The position numbers were made by a program, and so were the translations under genes. DNA of 64,000 nt from a virus. Position 1 is the stretch's first letter. The number at the start of each line of letters is the position of its first letter. The notes under the pieces were generated by a model, which was not told the DNA's origin, did no database searches, and worked only from the letters and a program-made list of their open reading frames with translations. The DNA is taken from IMG/VR virus record IMGVR_UViG_3300020196_000021, positions 1 to 64,000 of that record; one strand, given 5' to 3'. Positions 9,400 through 19,560 of the stretch are shown piece by piece.

Positions 9400-10848
9400 T
9401 CACATGAGGTTTGCAACAGAAACTCTTCTGTAATAAACGTTGGTGCTGAGGTTAGCAGCTGCCGCTGGATTTGCATCCGAGAGGTATGAGTTGTAACCCT
9501 TAGCAAATGGGTTGAGTACCATGCCGTAACGGGTCTTAAATCCGATACGTGGTTGGAAGTCATCCTGACCAACGCTACGTACCATCTGAAGAGGTACATA
9601 TGGGCAGTAGAACATACCAGCGTCATAAGGAGAAGAACCCTTATAACCTACAACATAGTACTGATTACCTGATTGACCAGAAGCAGCAGATCCACCACGA
9701 GTGATGGTTGCATATGGGTCAATATAAACTCTAAAGCGACCGTTGAGGATACCAGCAAAAGTGTTACCAGTTTCGTCAACTTGGAGGCGATTGTTGCCCT
9801 CAAGAGCTGGGGTATAATCAAGTACACCTGCCATTGCGAGTGCCGAAGCAACGTCAGCAGAGCACATGATCATGTTGCCCTTTCCTCTACGAGTTTCACG
9901 TGCGATTGCGTTAGCATCACGCTCGATTTGGAACAAGAGACCCTTGAACTTCTCAACCGACCAACGACCATTGGAATCAACGTCCAGGTCAAAAGTACCT
10001 GCAGTAGCGGTATCGTGCTGAGCACCACGCTTAGCGGACTTATAGATGGTACGAACAACTTCTCTGTTGATTTCAGCAAGAATCTCAGATGACAGAATAT
10101 TTGCCAGTTCTGATTCTGCATCAAGACCATGAATAGCACGAAGGTCTTGTGCGAGTTCAATGCTGTATTCTGCTTTCAGAGCACGTGACTTAGCAGTAAC
10201 CGAGATTTTCTCGATGCTGAATCCCATCTCACGGAAGTCAGGAGCAGTGCCGTCGCTATCCAGCTTCTCAGAATCCTGAGTGCTCATTGGAAGACCGTTG
10301 CCATAGTAACCTTGAACGGTTGATTCGTTAGAACCAGAGAAACCGTCGTTCAGAACAGCAGGGTTGTCTCCAGTCAGTGCATCAGCAGCACCAGAAACGT
10401 CGTTAGCACCCTGAGTGCCTGAATGGTTAGGATTAGCTTCATTGAAGAATGCTTCAGTGTTAGAGGTTGAAGGACCGTCGTAACGAGCACGCATTGCGAA
10501 AATGAGTCCAGTAGGACCGCTCATTGGTTGAACACCTGCGAGATCATATGCAACGAGATTTGGCATTGCACGACGAATCAGGTTGATCATAATTGGATCA
10601 AAACCTGCAACAGGACCAGCAGCAGCTGCAGCATTAGAGAACCCTGCGTTTCCAGTAGCACCTGGGTCAGTGTTCATAGTTGGCAGTGCTTCCGAAAGAA
10701 TTTGACGCTCTTCGCGGATAACACGCTCTTGGTTTTCTAACAGGATAGAGGTGACAGCTTTCTTGTAGTTATCTTCAATCTTTGGGAGATCTCTGTGCTC
10801 AAGAACAGGTGCCCACTTTTCCTGGAGTTGTTGGGACATGCCTAACAT
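9400..10848 (-). CDS. gp23: Major capsid protein gp23
   Basis: GVQPMSGPTGLIFAMR, AKSRALKAEYSIELAQDL and FQPRIGFKTRYG, with an AGGAGA RBS. Confidence 0.99.
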   Translation of the reverse strand: MLGMSQQLQEKWAPVLEHRDLPKIEDNYKKAVTSILLENQERVIREERQILSEALPTMNTDPGATGNAGFSNAAAAAGPVAGFDPIMINLIRRAMPNLVAYDLAGVQPMSGPTGLIFAMRARYDGPSTSNTEAFFNEANPNHSGTQGANDVSGAADALTGDNPAVLNDGFSGSNESTVQGYYGNGLPMSTQDSEKLDSDGTAPDFREMGFSIEKISVTAKSRALKAEYSIELAQDLRAIHGLDAESELANILSSEILAEINREVVRTIYKSAKRGAQHDTATAGTFDLDVDSNGRWSVEKFKGLLFQIERDANAIARETRRGKGNMIMCSADVASALAMAGVLDYTPALEGNNRLQVDETGNTFAGILNGRFRVYIDPYATITRGGSAASGQSGNQYYVVGYKGSSPYDAGMFYCPYVPLQMVRSVGQDDFQPRIGFKTRYGMVLNPFAKGYNSYLSDANPAAAANLSTNVYYRRVSVANLM

Positions 10849-10887
10849 TTGTTTTCTCCTAGTAAGTAAGTAAGTGGTTTATAATAA

Positions 10888-11928
10888 TCATTTCCAACGG
10901 GAAATTGCCTGAACATAGGCAGCCATTGGACCCTCAATAGAGGATGCAACTTCTTCAGTTGCGATGTCTTCCTTGAGTTCAACCTTTGCTTTGGGGAAAT
11001 AAGTTTCCTTAATTGTTTCCAGTTTTGCTCTAAAGGACTCTTCGGATTCAAACTCAATTCCTTCTGCAAGGGAAGCAAGCTTCTCTGCTTGGGTTTGAGC
11101 AAGACCCTTAGAAACATCGGCAATCAATGACTCTTTTACAAAAGTATTGATTTTGCCGTTGAGTGACACATTTTTTTCAATTTGCTCATTGAGCTTATCT
11201 TCCATCTCATCTAATTTATTTGTCATCTCTTCTAATACATCATATCTATCTTCAGGGATTGAAACATAATTTTCTTCAAAAAGACCTTTAACGCCTGCCA
11301 TGAAGTTTTCCATAACTTCAAGTTTAATACCTTGGGTAATGGCAAGTTCGTTTTCTTTTCTCCATTCTTCGGCAACGTAAGAAAGGAACTTGTCCATCTT
11401 CTCAGCAAATTCTGCTTTGATGGTTTCAAGTTCTTCACACATTTTATTCTCATACTGCTTCGTCATTGCCTTCTCTTTATCTGCAACTTTTGCCTTAATA
11501 GCTGCTTCAAAGATAAGTTTGGTTTTTTCTTTAAACTCTTCAGAGAGTTCCTCACCAGCAATCAGCGCATTAACGTCTTCATCAACGCTAAACTCTTCAG
11601 TGGTTTCCTCTTCAGCAATAACCTCTTCGGTTTCAGAAATTTCTTCTTCTTCTTTGAGTTTGCCTTTAGAACCTTCCGCTGGTTTTGCTTTGGCGTTGTT
11701 CTTGTCCTTCACTTGTGATGTACCAGTTACGGTAATCTTTGATGAATTGTCATCAGATTTGTAATTCTGATTAGTAGGACCGCCAGTGTTTTGCTTCGCA
11801 GTATCTTGAGGAGCAGGGATAGATGCAGCCTGCATTGGGTCGGCACCCTTTGCACCATCTGTCACTTGACGCTCCTGCAAGTTTTCTTCTACGAAAGTTT
11901 CAAATTTTTGGTCAACTGATGCTGACAT
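10888..11928 (-). CDS. gp22: Prohead core scaffold gp22
   Basis: Acidic coiled coil with LSEEFKEK...IFEAA and KLETIKETYF. Confidence 0.95.
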   Translation of the reverse strand: MSASVDQKFETFVEENLQERQVTDGAKGADPMQAASIPAPQDTAKQNTGGPTNQNYKSDDNSSKITVTGTSQVKDKNNAKAKPAEGSKGKLKEEEEISETEEVIAEEETTEEFSVDEDVNALIAGEELSEEFKEKTKLIFEAAIKAKVADKEKAMTKQYENKMCEELETIKAEFAEKMDKFLSYVAEEWRKENELAITQGIKLEVMENFMAGVKGLFEENYVSIPEDRYDVLEEMTNKLDEMEDKLNEQIEKNVSLNGKINTFVKESLIADVSKGLAQTQAEKLASLAEGIEFESEESFRAKLETIKETYFPKAKVELKEDIATEEVASSIEGPMAAYVQAISRWK

Positions 11929-11968
11929 GTGCTATCTCCTTAAATATAAAGCTGTTATATTCTAAACT

Positions 11969-11976
11969 TATTTATA
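11969..11976 (-). promoter_or_regulatory. Late promoter upstream of gp22
   Basis: Exact T4 late consensus TATAAATA. Confidence 0.85.
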
Positions 11977-11978
11977 AT

Positions 11979-12623
11979 TTATAATCCTTTCAGGAATTTT
12001 TCAAACGCGGCAACTTTACGCTCTTGAAGATTGTAAATGGTCGCAGCATCTAATTCATGTTTAATTGAATTAATATAACGCTCTTTTAAAACGCCATTGT
12101 TCCAAATCCACTCTTTACCTTCCATAATTCCTTCAACAAATGCATCAGGAGCAGAAGGGTCTGCTACAATGTCAGCAGCAGTTGCGAGCATAAAATCACT
12201 ACGAACATAATTAGCACCTCTGCGCTCTTCTAAAGAACCAATTCCTCTAGATGAAACACCAAGTTTAACTCCTTCATTAATAAGATTTTTAGCAATCTTA
12301 CCCATTGGAGTTTCTAAAAGTTTTGCTTTACCTATAAAGTTTTTACCTTCACTTTGTAAAGAAACAATTTTATGTGACACTCTATCAAGATTTACAATTG
12401 GTCCCTCGGGATGTCCAAGTTCTCCTAATGCACGACCTTTGATTACGTACTGTTCATTATATCTTTGAACTTCTTTATCAAGAACATCAAATGGATAAAT
12501 CCTTCCATTCCTATTTTTGATATCTGATTGTAAGAAAATACCTTGAATATAGTGGGTCTTGTTAGATCCACTTTCTTCTATAAGTACTTCAATTTCTTCA
12601 ATCTGTTCCGTTATCAGTTTCAT
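11979..12623 (-). CDS. gp21: Prohead protease gp21
   Basis: NRNGRIYP, ALGELGHP, GVSSRGIGS and ADIVADPSAPDAFV. The start is trimmed to MKLITEQ at 12623. Confidence 0.97.
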   Translation of the reverse strand: MKLITEQIEEIEVLIEESGSNKTHYIQGIFLQSDIKNRNGRIYPFDVLDKEVQRYNEQYVIKGRALGELGHPEGPIVNLDRVSHKIVSLQSEGKNFIGKAKLLETPMGKIAKNLINEGVKLGVSSRGIGSLEERRGANYVRSDFMLATAADIVADPSAPDAFVEGIMEGKEWIWNNGVLKERYINSIKHELDAATIYNLQERKVAAFEKFLKGL

Positions 12624-12795
12624 CTGTCGTTTCTTCTGGTGTGCTCTCAAGTCCTTGGAATAAAGATGCACCGACTCTTTGACGCTCTTGAGCAAGAACC
12701 TCTGCAGCTTTATTCATAATAATTTCTTTCACAGCATCGGATGCATCACTAAGATGATCCTTCATAATTTTATCTACAATTTCGATGGTATCCAT
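12598..12795 (-). CDS. Small acidic head-associated protein (gp67/gp68 position)
   Basis: 65 aa with a GAGG RBS and its own late promoter, between the portal and protease genes. Confidence 0.7.
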   Translation of the reverse strand: MDTIEIVDKIMKDHLSDASDAVKEIIMNKAAEVLAQERQRVGASLFQGLESTPEETTDETDNGTD

Positions 12796-12810
12796 AATTA
12801 CCTCAATAGT

Positions 12811-12817
12811 TATTTAT
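12811..12817 (-). promoter_or_regulatory. Late promoter
   Basis: ATAAATA upstream of the 12795 ORF. Confidence 0.7.
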
Positions 12818-12822
12818 TATTT

Positions 12823-14424
12823 TTATTTTCCTGCTGCTTTTGGTGGAGCGGGAGGATTTTTAAGTTGATCAAGTGAAACCTTTTTGGTTTCCATGTCAAG
12901 TTCAGCATTTTGCTTTTCTTGAGCAATTTGATTGAGCGGATCAATTACTTGACCCGTCTTAATTTCACTATTTATCTGTTCTTTCATCTCTTCAATTTCT
13001 TGCTCTGTAAATTTGAGCAATTGGCGCATAACATAATCTTGAGAGAAATACTTTCCAACATACAGATCTAATTTATCAAGTACATCCATTTTGGATTGAA
13101 GCATATCAAGTTCTGCCATTTCAGAGAATTGATTATCGTATATAAAATCATATTGTATATGCTCCTTCATCTCTTCCCAATCTTCAGGAGCAATGACTCC
13201 CTTAAGAATAAGTTGAGTTCTTAAAATATCATGAAAAAGATCTGAAAACTTTTTACGGAGACGACCTACAAATTTAGTAAATTTAATTTCGTCTCTATTA
13301 ATTTCTTCTGACTTTCCAAGATCAAAAGATTTATCACTCTCTAAACGTGATGGGGGTACATTAAGTGCTTTGTAAAGTTGTGTTTGAAAATATTTAATAT
13401 CAGTAAGTTCACCTAAATTCTGCCCTCCAGGCAGAGTGGTAATTTCTGTACCTCTTCCTCCTTCACGACGAGGTAACCAAAAATCTTCAAGCATACTCAT
13501 ATGCTTTTTATCATCACGGATTTCACCAGTTTGTGAATCATAAACAAGTTTATTTCTATAGCGTGACATTACCTCTCTAAGATATTGTTCCGCTTTTACT
13601 TTCGGTAAATTGCCTACATCAATGTAAAAGATTCTGCGCTCTGGAGCACGAGACAAACGATAGATAACGATACTATCTTCAAGCATTCTTAATTGATTAA
13701 GGAACTTGATTGCTTTATGAAGATAACTTAAATTAATATTTCTACCTTGATCCATTAAACCAGAGGTTATTGATGCAATAGCATCTGGTGCAATTTTTAT
13801 GCCTTGATTAGTATTATTGATTCCTTTGTTATTGTAAACAAAAAACTCAGTAACTTTACCAAAATCATGTCTCATGAATTGGTCAGAATCTACTGGAGGT
13901 TTTACTACTTGTCTTACCTTTTTAATTTTTAAAGGGTCAATATATCTTAATTCTAATATTCCTTTTGATGGATCTTCAAGATCAATTACTTTATGATAAT
14001 ATATTCTTCCATCAATATACCAACGCCTAAAAATTTCGTGACCAGTTTTGTCAAAATCAAGTAATCTTTTGACGTGATTAAATTCTTCTCTAATTGAATT
14101 TTTAATTGATTCTGATACTTGTAAATTTGATAGTTCTACTTCTACTGGACTATCATCTCTATCTGAAACAATTGCTTCGTTGCTAATATCTTCGATAGCA
14201 CTATCAACTTCTGGATGAAGTGCCATTTCTCTATATCTACGAATAAGAGCAACTTCGTCTCTTTTTTTCGTATCATCAAGATCTACATAATGACCAAACC
14301 ATCCCCCATACGGAAGGATGGTAGAAGAAGTGTCATTATCAGAAGGAGGAACAGGGGACGCTGGTGCTTTTGCCCCCTGAATTAATTCATCCTTCTTTAT
14401 TTGAAAACCAAATAACTCCGCCAT
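12823..14424 (-). CDS. gp20: Portal protein gp20
   Basis: IYRLSRAPERRIFYIDVGNLPK and MLEDFWLPRREGGRGTEITTLPGG. Confidence 0.99.
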   Translation of the reverse strand: MAELFGFQIKKDELIQGAKAPASPVPPSDNDTSSTILPYGGWFGHYVDLDDTKKRDEVALIRRYREMALHPEVDSAIEDISNEAIVSDRDDSPVEVELSNLQVSESIKNSIREEFNHVKRLLDFDKTGHEIFRRWYIDGRIYYHKVIDLEDPSKGILELRYIDPLKIKKVRQVVKPPVDSDQFMRHDFGKVTEFFVYNNKGINNTNQGIKIAPDAIASITSGLMDQGRNINLSYLHKAIKFLNQLRMLEDSIVIYRLSRAPERRIFYIDVGNLPKVKAEQYLREVMSRYRNKLVYDSQTGEIRDDKKHMSMLEDFWLPRREGGRGTEITTLPGGQNLGELTDIKYFQTQLYKALNVPPSRLESDKSFDLGKSEEINRDEIKFTKFVGRLRKKFSDLFHDILRTQLILKGVIAPEDWEEMKEHIQYDFIYDNQFSEMAELDMLQSKMDVLDKLDLYVGKYFSQDYVMRQLLKFTEQEIEEMKEQINSEIKTGQVIDPLNQIAQEKQNAELDMETKKVSLDQLKNPPAPPKAAGK

Positions 14425-14445
14425 TCCAAATTTGTAACCTACTAA

Positions 14446-15081
14446 TTATTTAGCAACGTTTTGACCAGTGAGTAATCCCTTACTACCATCTCTTGCTTTT
14501 TGACTAGTTCCTGCACCAAAGCTATCAAAGTATTGATATTGGAATTCTACATCAAACTCTTCAATTGCATCATTACTATCATATGCAACTGTAATTGGTC
14601 CAACACTAGTTGGCCAAGAACCAATTAATTTATAAGTTTTGATGGTTCCTTTATCTTCACCTTGCTGTGTAGAATCTTTAGTATTCTGTGAAATTAAAAT
14701 ATCTTGGAAATATGCTCCACCAGGAGTTCCACCAATAGAACCATAGTTATAGGTTCCTATGTTTTCATCAACTTTGTTTCCAAGGTTGATCCATGCTTCA
14801 AACGCAGTTCTCAAATTGAAGGTTGTAGTATTGTAAAAAGTTGCAGTCCATGATTCAAAGGTTCTATCGCCAGGAATTTTCAAAAAGCGACCACGAAATG
14901 GTACTTCAATTAATCCCTGAGTTGAACCTGGAAGTGCCGCAGATCTACAGAGAAATTTAGTTTCTCCCATCAATTCCGTTGTGTTGTTACTAATAAGAGT
15001 TGGAAATGAAATCTCAACAGTATATAAATTGGGTCTTACCCCCCCAGCTAATTTTGATTTAAAATCGTTAATGTTTGCCAT
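14446..15081 (-). CDS. gp19: Tail tube protein gp19
   Basis: GGVRPNLY...VPFRGR.LKIPGDRTFESW...IEEFDVEFQYQY. Confidence 0.96.
   Translation of the reverse strand: MANINDFKSKLAGGVRPNLYTVEISFPTLISNNTTELMGETKFLCRSAALPGSTQGLIEVPFRGRFLKIPGDRTFESWTATFYNTTTFNLRTAFEAWINLGNKVDENIGTYNYGSIGGTPGGAYFQDILISQNTKDSTQQGEDKGTIKTYKLIGSWPTSVGPITVAYDSNDAIEEFDVEFQYQYFDSFGAGTSQKARDGSKGLLTGQNVAK
14447..14453 (-). promoter_or_regulatory. Late promoter variant upstream of gp20
   Basis: CTAAATA overlapping the gp19 stop codon. Confidence 0.55.
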
Positions 15082-15102
15082 TTGTTTTAGTTCTCCTTAA
15101 AT

Positions 15103-17817
15103 TTATTTAGCGATTGCTTCAGAGAATGAAATGCCAGTTCTTGTAGCAGTGAAGGTAAGAGTAATAAAGTTAATAGAACGAGCAGGTTGTATAAAGATGT
15201 CAGCAACAAACTCATTTCTGTCAATTACGGCAGAAGTATTGTTTGATCCATCGCAAACTAAGAGATAATCATAAAGACCTCTTCTTGCTTGAACATCTCT
15301 TAAGAATGGTTCAACAATTGCCTTAAATGAATTTCTTGTTGTTTCGTCGTTAATTTCAAAGAGTTGTGCTTTAGCAGCATTCTCAATTGCTCTTTCAAGA
15401 ATAAGGAATAGGCGACGAACATTAATTCTATCAAAGGCACTTGGAGTTGCGAGAGCAGTTTTATCTCCAAAGAGAACTGGTCCTTGACCTGGGAATGAAG
15501 CGATAGGATTAATTCGATTTGAATAAAGTTCATCTCTATCAACTTTATTTGGATTCCAAGCTAATTTTGCTGCTCCTTTGATTCCACCTCTGGTAAATCC
15601 AGCAGGAGAAAACCAAGGTTCTGCACTAATTGCACTATCTGCTACCAGTCCAGCAACATCACTATTGCATGGAATATAGCGATAGACATCATTCCATCTA
15701 TCATAAACATACTTGTAATTACAATCTAAAATAAGATATGAAGTACTAACAACATCTTTAAAGAATAATTTTAAGTTCTGTACAATATCTTGATTTCTCA
15801 GTGGTAAACCAGAAGATGCAATAATGTTTCCTTTATGTGGAGAAGCAAATGCAATACAATCTTTTCTATATGATGCAATACCAGCAATATGATTAATCTT
15901 TTGACGTGTCAAATCTGCAGTACTGCACCCAGGACCAACAATAAGATAATCAAGATCAACATTATCCAAATCTCTAAATTCATCATAAGCAGAGATAATA
16001 TCAGTAATAGATACTTCCCAATCGGTAGCACCATTTGCTAATGAATATGAAATAGATCCTTTTGGAGTAAATGTTGCGGTCCTAGAAGCATTTTCAAATA
16101 AGGTATCTCCAACGTAAATATACTCACTGGAATCTGAAACTATCTTTTTGTAATAATTGATTCCACCTTCTGGTCCTTTAGCATTGTTTGCTTTAGATGC
16201 ATAAGTATAAACTTCAAGAACAGTATCTTTTGATCCACTTATTCCACCATCTTCATCTACTACAGCAACGTGTATCGCATCTAACCCCAAAGAACTACCA
16301 TAGAATGCAGCAGCATCTTCAGTCGCTACTGGTCTTGCAGCAAGAGAATTCCATTTAATGGTAGAACCAGTATATAAAGTTTTTGCTTCATACCAAGCAG
16401 AACCATCATCTACTGATGCAATGGTAAGATTGGATTGAGTACCAATGTTAACAACGTCAGTTGTAGCAAATAATTGGTTTGATTCTGGATTTGGTACATA
16501 CTCATTGTTAGTATTTACAATAATAATGTGAACCGAAGTATAATTTGTCTCGCTTACTTTTACTGTGGAAACATCAATAACTTTTCCTTTTTTAGTACCA
16601 CTGGTTACGATATCTCCAACTAAAATGTTTGCATTTTCAGTTGACAATGTTAAACTTTGTTTTGGACCATTATCTATAACACAAACTCTTAAGTTATTGC
16701 CCCAAGCACCCTTTGTTCTACCTGCAAACAACCATCCAGAACTGTTGCCTAAGAACTGCGCTTCATAAACATCTGAGTTGTTGATTTTTACGGCTTCTGC
16801 TGCAATAGCAGCAGTTGCAGTGGCGGTTACACCTGGATCTGGGAAAGTAACTGTTAAGTTAGTAAAGTCACTAAAATTACCAAAGTTGGTAACCGTAACG
16901 TTAGTTACTGATCCATTACTAACTGTTGCAGTTCCTTGAAACGGAGTGGTTACTGTTCCACTACTACTAACTGTTATTGGATAACTTTGATTTACATCAT
17001 AGTTTGTACCACCACTGGTTACGGTAACTACAACGCCATTTGGTTGTGCAACTACAAGAGTTGGAGCGGTTGTATATCCAGTACCACCACTTAATACGAT
17101 TGATTGTATTTGACCATTTGCTACGGTTGCAGTAGCAGTTCCTCCAGTACCACCACCACCACTTACAGTGATCTGTGGTGCTGTCTGATAACCAGATCCT
17201 GCATTAGTGATATTAGCATTTCCAGTCAAATTGCCTCCAGAGAGGTTTCCCCCACCTGCCTCAGCTGTAGCTCTAGTTCCTCTTGCAACAGTTCCCAATG
17301 CTGTAACACCAACTGGAGAGATAGTAACTGATGGAGCAGAAGTGTATCCAGATCCAAGTTGTTCTACGACGATAGAAGATACTCTTCCTTGTGCGTTAAT
17401 TATTGCTCTTGCAGTTGCTTGAGTAGCACCTGGAGTAGTTGGAGCACCAACAGTTACAGTTGGAGCACTGACATACTTTCCATTTGTTGAAGCATTGTTA
17501 ACTGTAATTGCAGAAACGTAGTTACCTAATCTAGCAACTGAGTTAAATTGATTTGGGGTATCAATTCTTACGACTGAAAGTGTACCACCATACGAAAGAA
17601 AATTAGTAGCACTTAACCAATATTCTGCGTTTTCTTCTCTTGGTTCACCAAAGACATTAATAAGCTCACTTTCTGTTGAAATTAAAACTGGGTTTCCAAT
17701 TTCTCCTTTCTTAAAAGTTGCGGCAAAACCTGCAATATTATTAAGAGTAGCGTCAGCTCTACCGTTTGTAAGATCCTTTTCTTTAACAAGAATCCCTGGG
17801 GAGCGTAAAGTTGCCAT
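15103..17817 (-). CDS. gp18: Tail sheath protein gp18 with an internal repeat insertion
   Basis: SPGILVKEKDLT...NFLSYGG, WFSPAGFTRG, AFDRINVRRLF and PARSINFITLTF. At 904 aa it is long for a T4-type sheath. Confidence 0.97.
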   Translation of the reverse strand: MATLRSPGILVKEKDLTNGRADATLNNIAGFAATFKKGEIGNPVLISTESELINVFGEPREENAEYWLSATNFLSYGGTLSVVRIDTPNQFNSVARLGNYVSAITVNNASTNGKYVSAPTVTVGAPTTPGATQATARAIINAQGRVSSIVVEQLGSGYTSAPSVTISPVGVTALGTVARGTRATAEAGGGNLSGGNLTGNANITNAGSGYQTAPQITVSGGGGTGGTATATVANGQIQSIVLSGGTGYTTAPTLVVAQPNGVVVTVTSGGTNYDVNQSYPITVSSSGTVTTPFQGTATVSNGSVTNVTVTNFGNFSDFTNLTVTFPDPGVTATATAAIAAEAVKINNSDVYEAQFLGNSSGWLFAGRTKGAWGNNLRVCVIDNGPKQSLTLSTENANILVGDIVTSGTKKGKVIDVSTVKVSETNYTSVHIIIVNTNNEYVPNPESNQLFATTDVVNIGTQSNLTIASVDDGSAWYEAKTLYTGSTIKWNSLAARPVATEDAAAFYGSSLGLDAIHVAVVDEDGGISGSKDTVLEVYTYASKANNAKGPEGGINYYKKIVSDSSEYIYVGDTLFENASRTATFTPKGSISYSLANGATDWEVSITDIISAYDEFRDLDNVDLDYLIVGPGCSTADLTRQKINHIAGIASYRKDCIAFASPHKGNIIASSGLPLRNQDIVQNLKLFFKDVVSTSYLILDCNYKYVYDRWNDVYRYIPCNSDVAGLVADSAISAEPWFSPAGFTRGGIKGAAKLAWNPNKVDRDELYSNRINPIASFPGQGPVLFGDKTALATPSAFDRINVRRLFLILERAIENAAKAQLFEINDETTRNSFKAIVEPFLRDVQARRGLYDYLLVCDGSNNTSAVIDRNEFVADIFIQPARSINFITLTFTATRTGISFSEAIAK
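15104..15110 (-). promoter_or_regulatory. Late promoter variant upstream of gp19
   Basis: CTAAATA overlapping the gp18 stop codon, followed by an AGGAGA RBS. Confidence 0.6.
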
Positions 17818-17857
17818 CTGTATCTCCTAGCTATAAGTAAGTCATATTTTCTAAATC

Positions 17858-17865
17858 TATTTATA
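17858..17865 (-). promoter_or_regulatory. Late promoter upstream of gp18
   Basis: TATAAATA. Confidence 0.85.
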
Positions 17866-17877
17866 AATTATTCTTCT

Positions 17878-19560
17878 CTAGCGATACTCCCACATGTAAT
17901 TTACATCTCCATATTCACTAGTTTCTTTCCATCCTTTTTCATCAGCAACAATCCAAATATTTCCCTGACTATCTATTTCATCATAAGATCCAAGACCATC
18001 ATCAATGAAACCAAATGGTGCCATATCTTGATCAATTTGATTCTTTTGTTCTTCATAAATTCTTTTACGAACATCATTATCAGTCATCTCTTTGAAGTAT
18101 TCTTGCGCTACCAACCACGCAAAAATAACCAAACACATTGCTAAGTCATCGTTACAACCTTCTTCTGCCTCAAAAGATTGTTTCTTTTGAATAAACGTTG
18201 TAAGTTCAGAAATAATTTCATAATCATTTACCAATAATTTATCACCTTCAACTAATTGTTTTAGGTTAGAACATCCAATCTTTTTAACAGTAGTGCTCAT
18301 TTTTACACCAAGCTGTGTCTTAGCACCTGAAAATCCTTGACCAACCAATTGACCAGCACGACCTCTCATGGAACACATCAAAAGATTATCGTATTCCAAA
18401 TCATATTGTAAAATTGAAGCTACCTGATCGCCAATATCGTTGACTTCGCACAACACAAAGGCATGATTATAATTGATTGCAACTTGATGAATGATGCTAG
18501 GAAATAGCATTGGTTTGATTGAATTGTTTCTATACTTACCAACTACTCTATATGGAACGGTAGTTATATCATATAAGATAAATGCTGAATAATCATTGTT
18601 GACTCCACGAGACACGTCAACTGTCATTAAGTACTCATGATCTTCTTTTGATTCTTCATATATTGATAATCCCCCACTTTGATGCATTGGTTCATCATAT
18701 GTCATTGTCCTCAACTTTGAGGCAGCAATAAGAGTATCAACTGATCCTAAAAATTCACATTCAAATTCTTGAGTAAACTGTCGTGCAGAAGTATTTGCAA
18801 TTGTCTGTTCTTTCCATTTATCATCTCTTCCTGGTACTTCTCTCCAATGTACTTCAGTTGTAACATATTCATTCCTATTCAACTCTGCATCATGCCAGAG
18901 TTTATAGAACATGTTCATTCCATTTGGAGTTGAAATGATAATAACTTTTGTTGATTTACCAGATGAAATAGTAGGATATACAGACGAGAAAAACTGTTCA
19001 GCAATATGTGTTGGAATAAACGCAAATTCGTCTAGGAAAATTATATTAAATGACATTCCTCGCACAGCAGATGCTGATGTAGAGGCAGCAAGAATCTTAG
19101 AACCATTCTCAAGTTCCATAGATCCTTTGTTATAAACAATAATACCTTGCTGCATCCATACAGGTAAGTTTTCATATGCCAACTGCAATCTCTGCAAAAG
19201 TTCTCTAGCAGTAGATAATTTGTTAGCAAGAATACCAATGTTTACATTATCATTGAAGATTGCATAATGAAGAAGATAAGCTACTACAGTAGTAGATTTA
19301 CCTGTCTGTCTAGGTAACTTTGCAATATTGAATCTATTTTCATGAAATGTACGAATCATTTTTTCTTGAAAGTCGTACAAATTAAAAGGCACTAAACCTT
19401 CATCAAGAGAAACAATTTTAATATAATTTCTTGCAAAATATACTGGATCTTGTTTACATTTCAAATACTCTTCAATTTGATCTTGAGTGAAGTTGATTGC
19501 AACGTTCGCTTTTTTTAAATTTGGATTACCAAGATAAATCTCATTATGACTAAGAGACAT
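17878..19560 (-). CDS. gp17: Terminase large subunit gp17
   Basis: YLGNPNLK, Walker A PRQTGKST, Walker B IFLDEFAF, STPNG, and nuclease motifs DVSRG and DDLAM. Confidence 0.98.
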   Translation of the reverse strand: MSLSHNEIYLGNPNLKKANVAINFTQDQIEEYLKCKQDPVYFARNYIKIVSLDEGLVPFNLYDFQEKMIRTFHENRFNIAKLPRQTGKSTTVVAYLLHYAIFNDNVNIGILANKLSTARELLQRLQLAYENLPVWMQQGIIVYNKGSMELENGSKILAASTSASAVRGMSFNIIFLDEFAFIPTHIAEQFFSSVYPTISSGKSTKVIIISTPNGMNMFYKLWHDAELNRNEYVTTEVHWREVPGRDDKWKEQTIANTSARQFTQEFECEFLGSVDTLIAASKLRTMTYDEPMHQSGGLSIYEESKEDHEYLMTVDVSRGVNNDYSAFILYDITTVPYRVVGKYRNNSIKPMLFPSIIHQVAINYNHAFVLCEVNDIGDQVASILQYDLEYDNLLMCSMRGRAGQLVGQGFSGAKTQLGVKMSTTVKKIGCSNLKQLVEGDKLLVNDYEIISELTTFIQKKQSFEAEEGCNDDLAMCLVIFAWLVAQEYFKEMTDNDVRKRIYEEQKNQIDQDMAPFGFIDDGLGSYDEIDSQGNIWIVADEKGWKETSEYGDVNYMWEYR

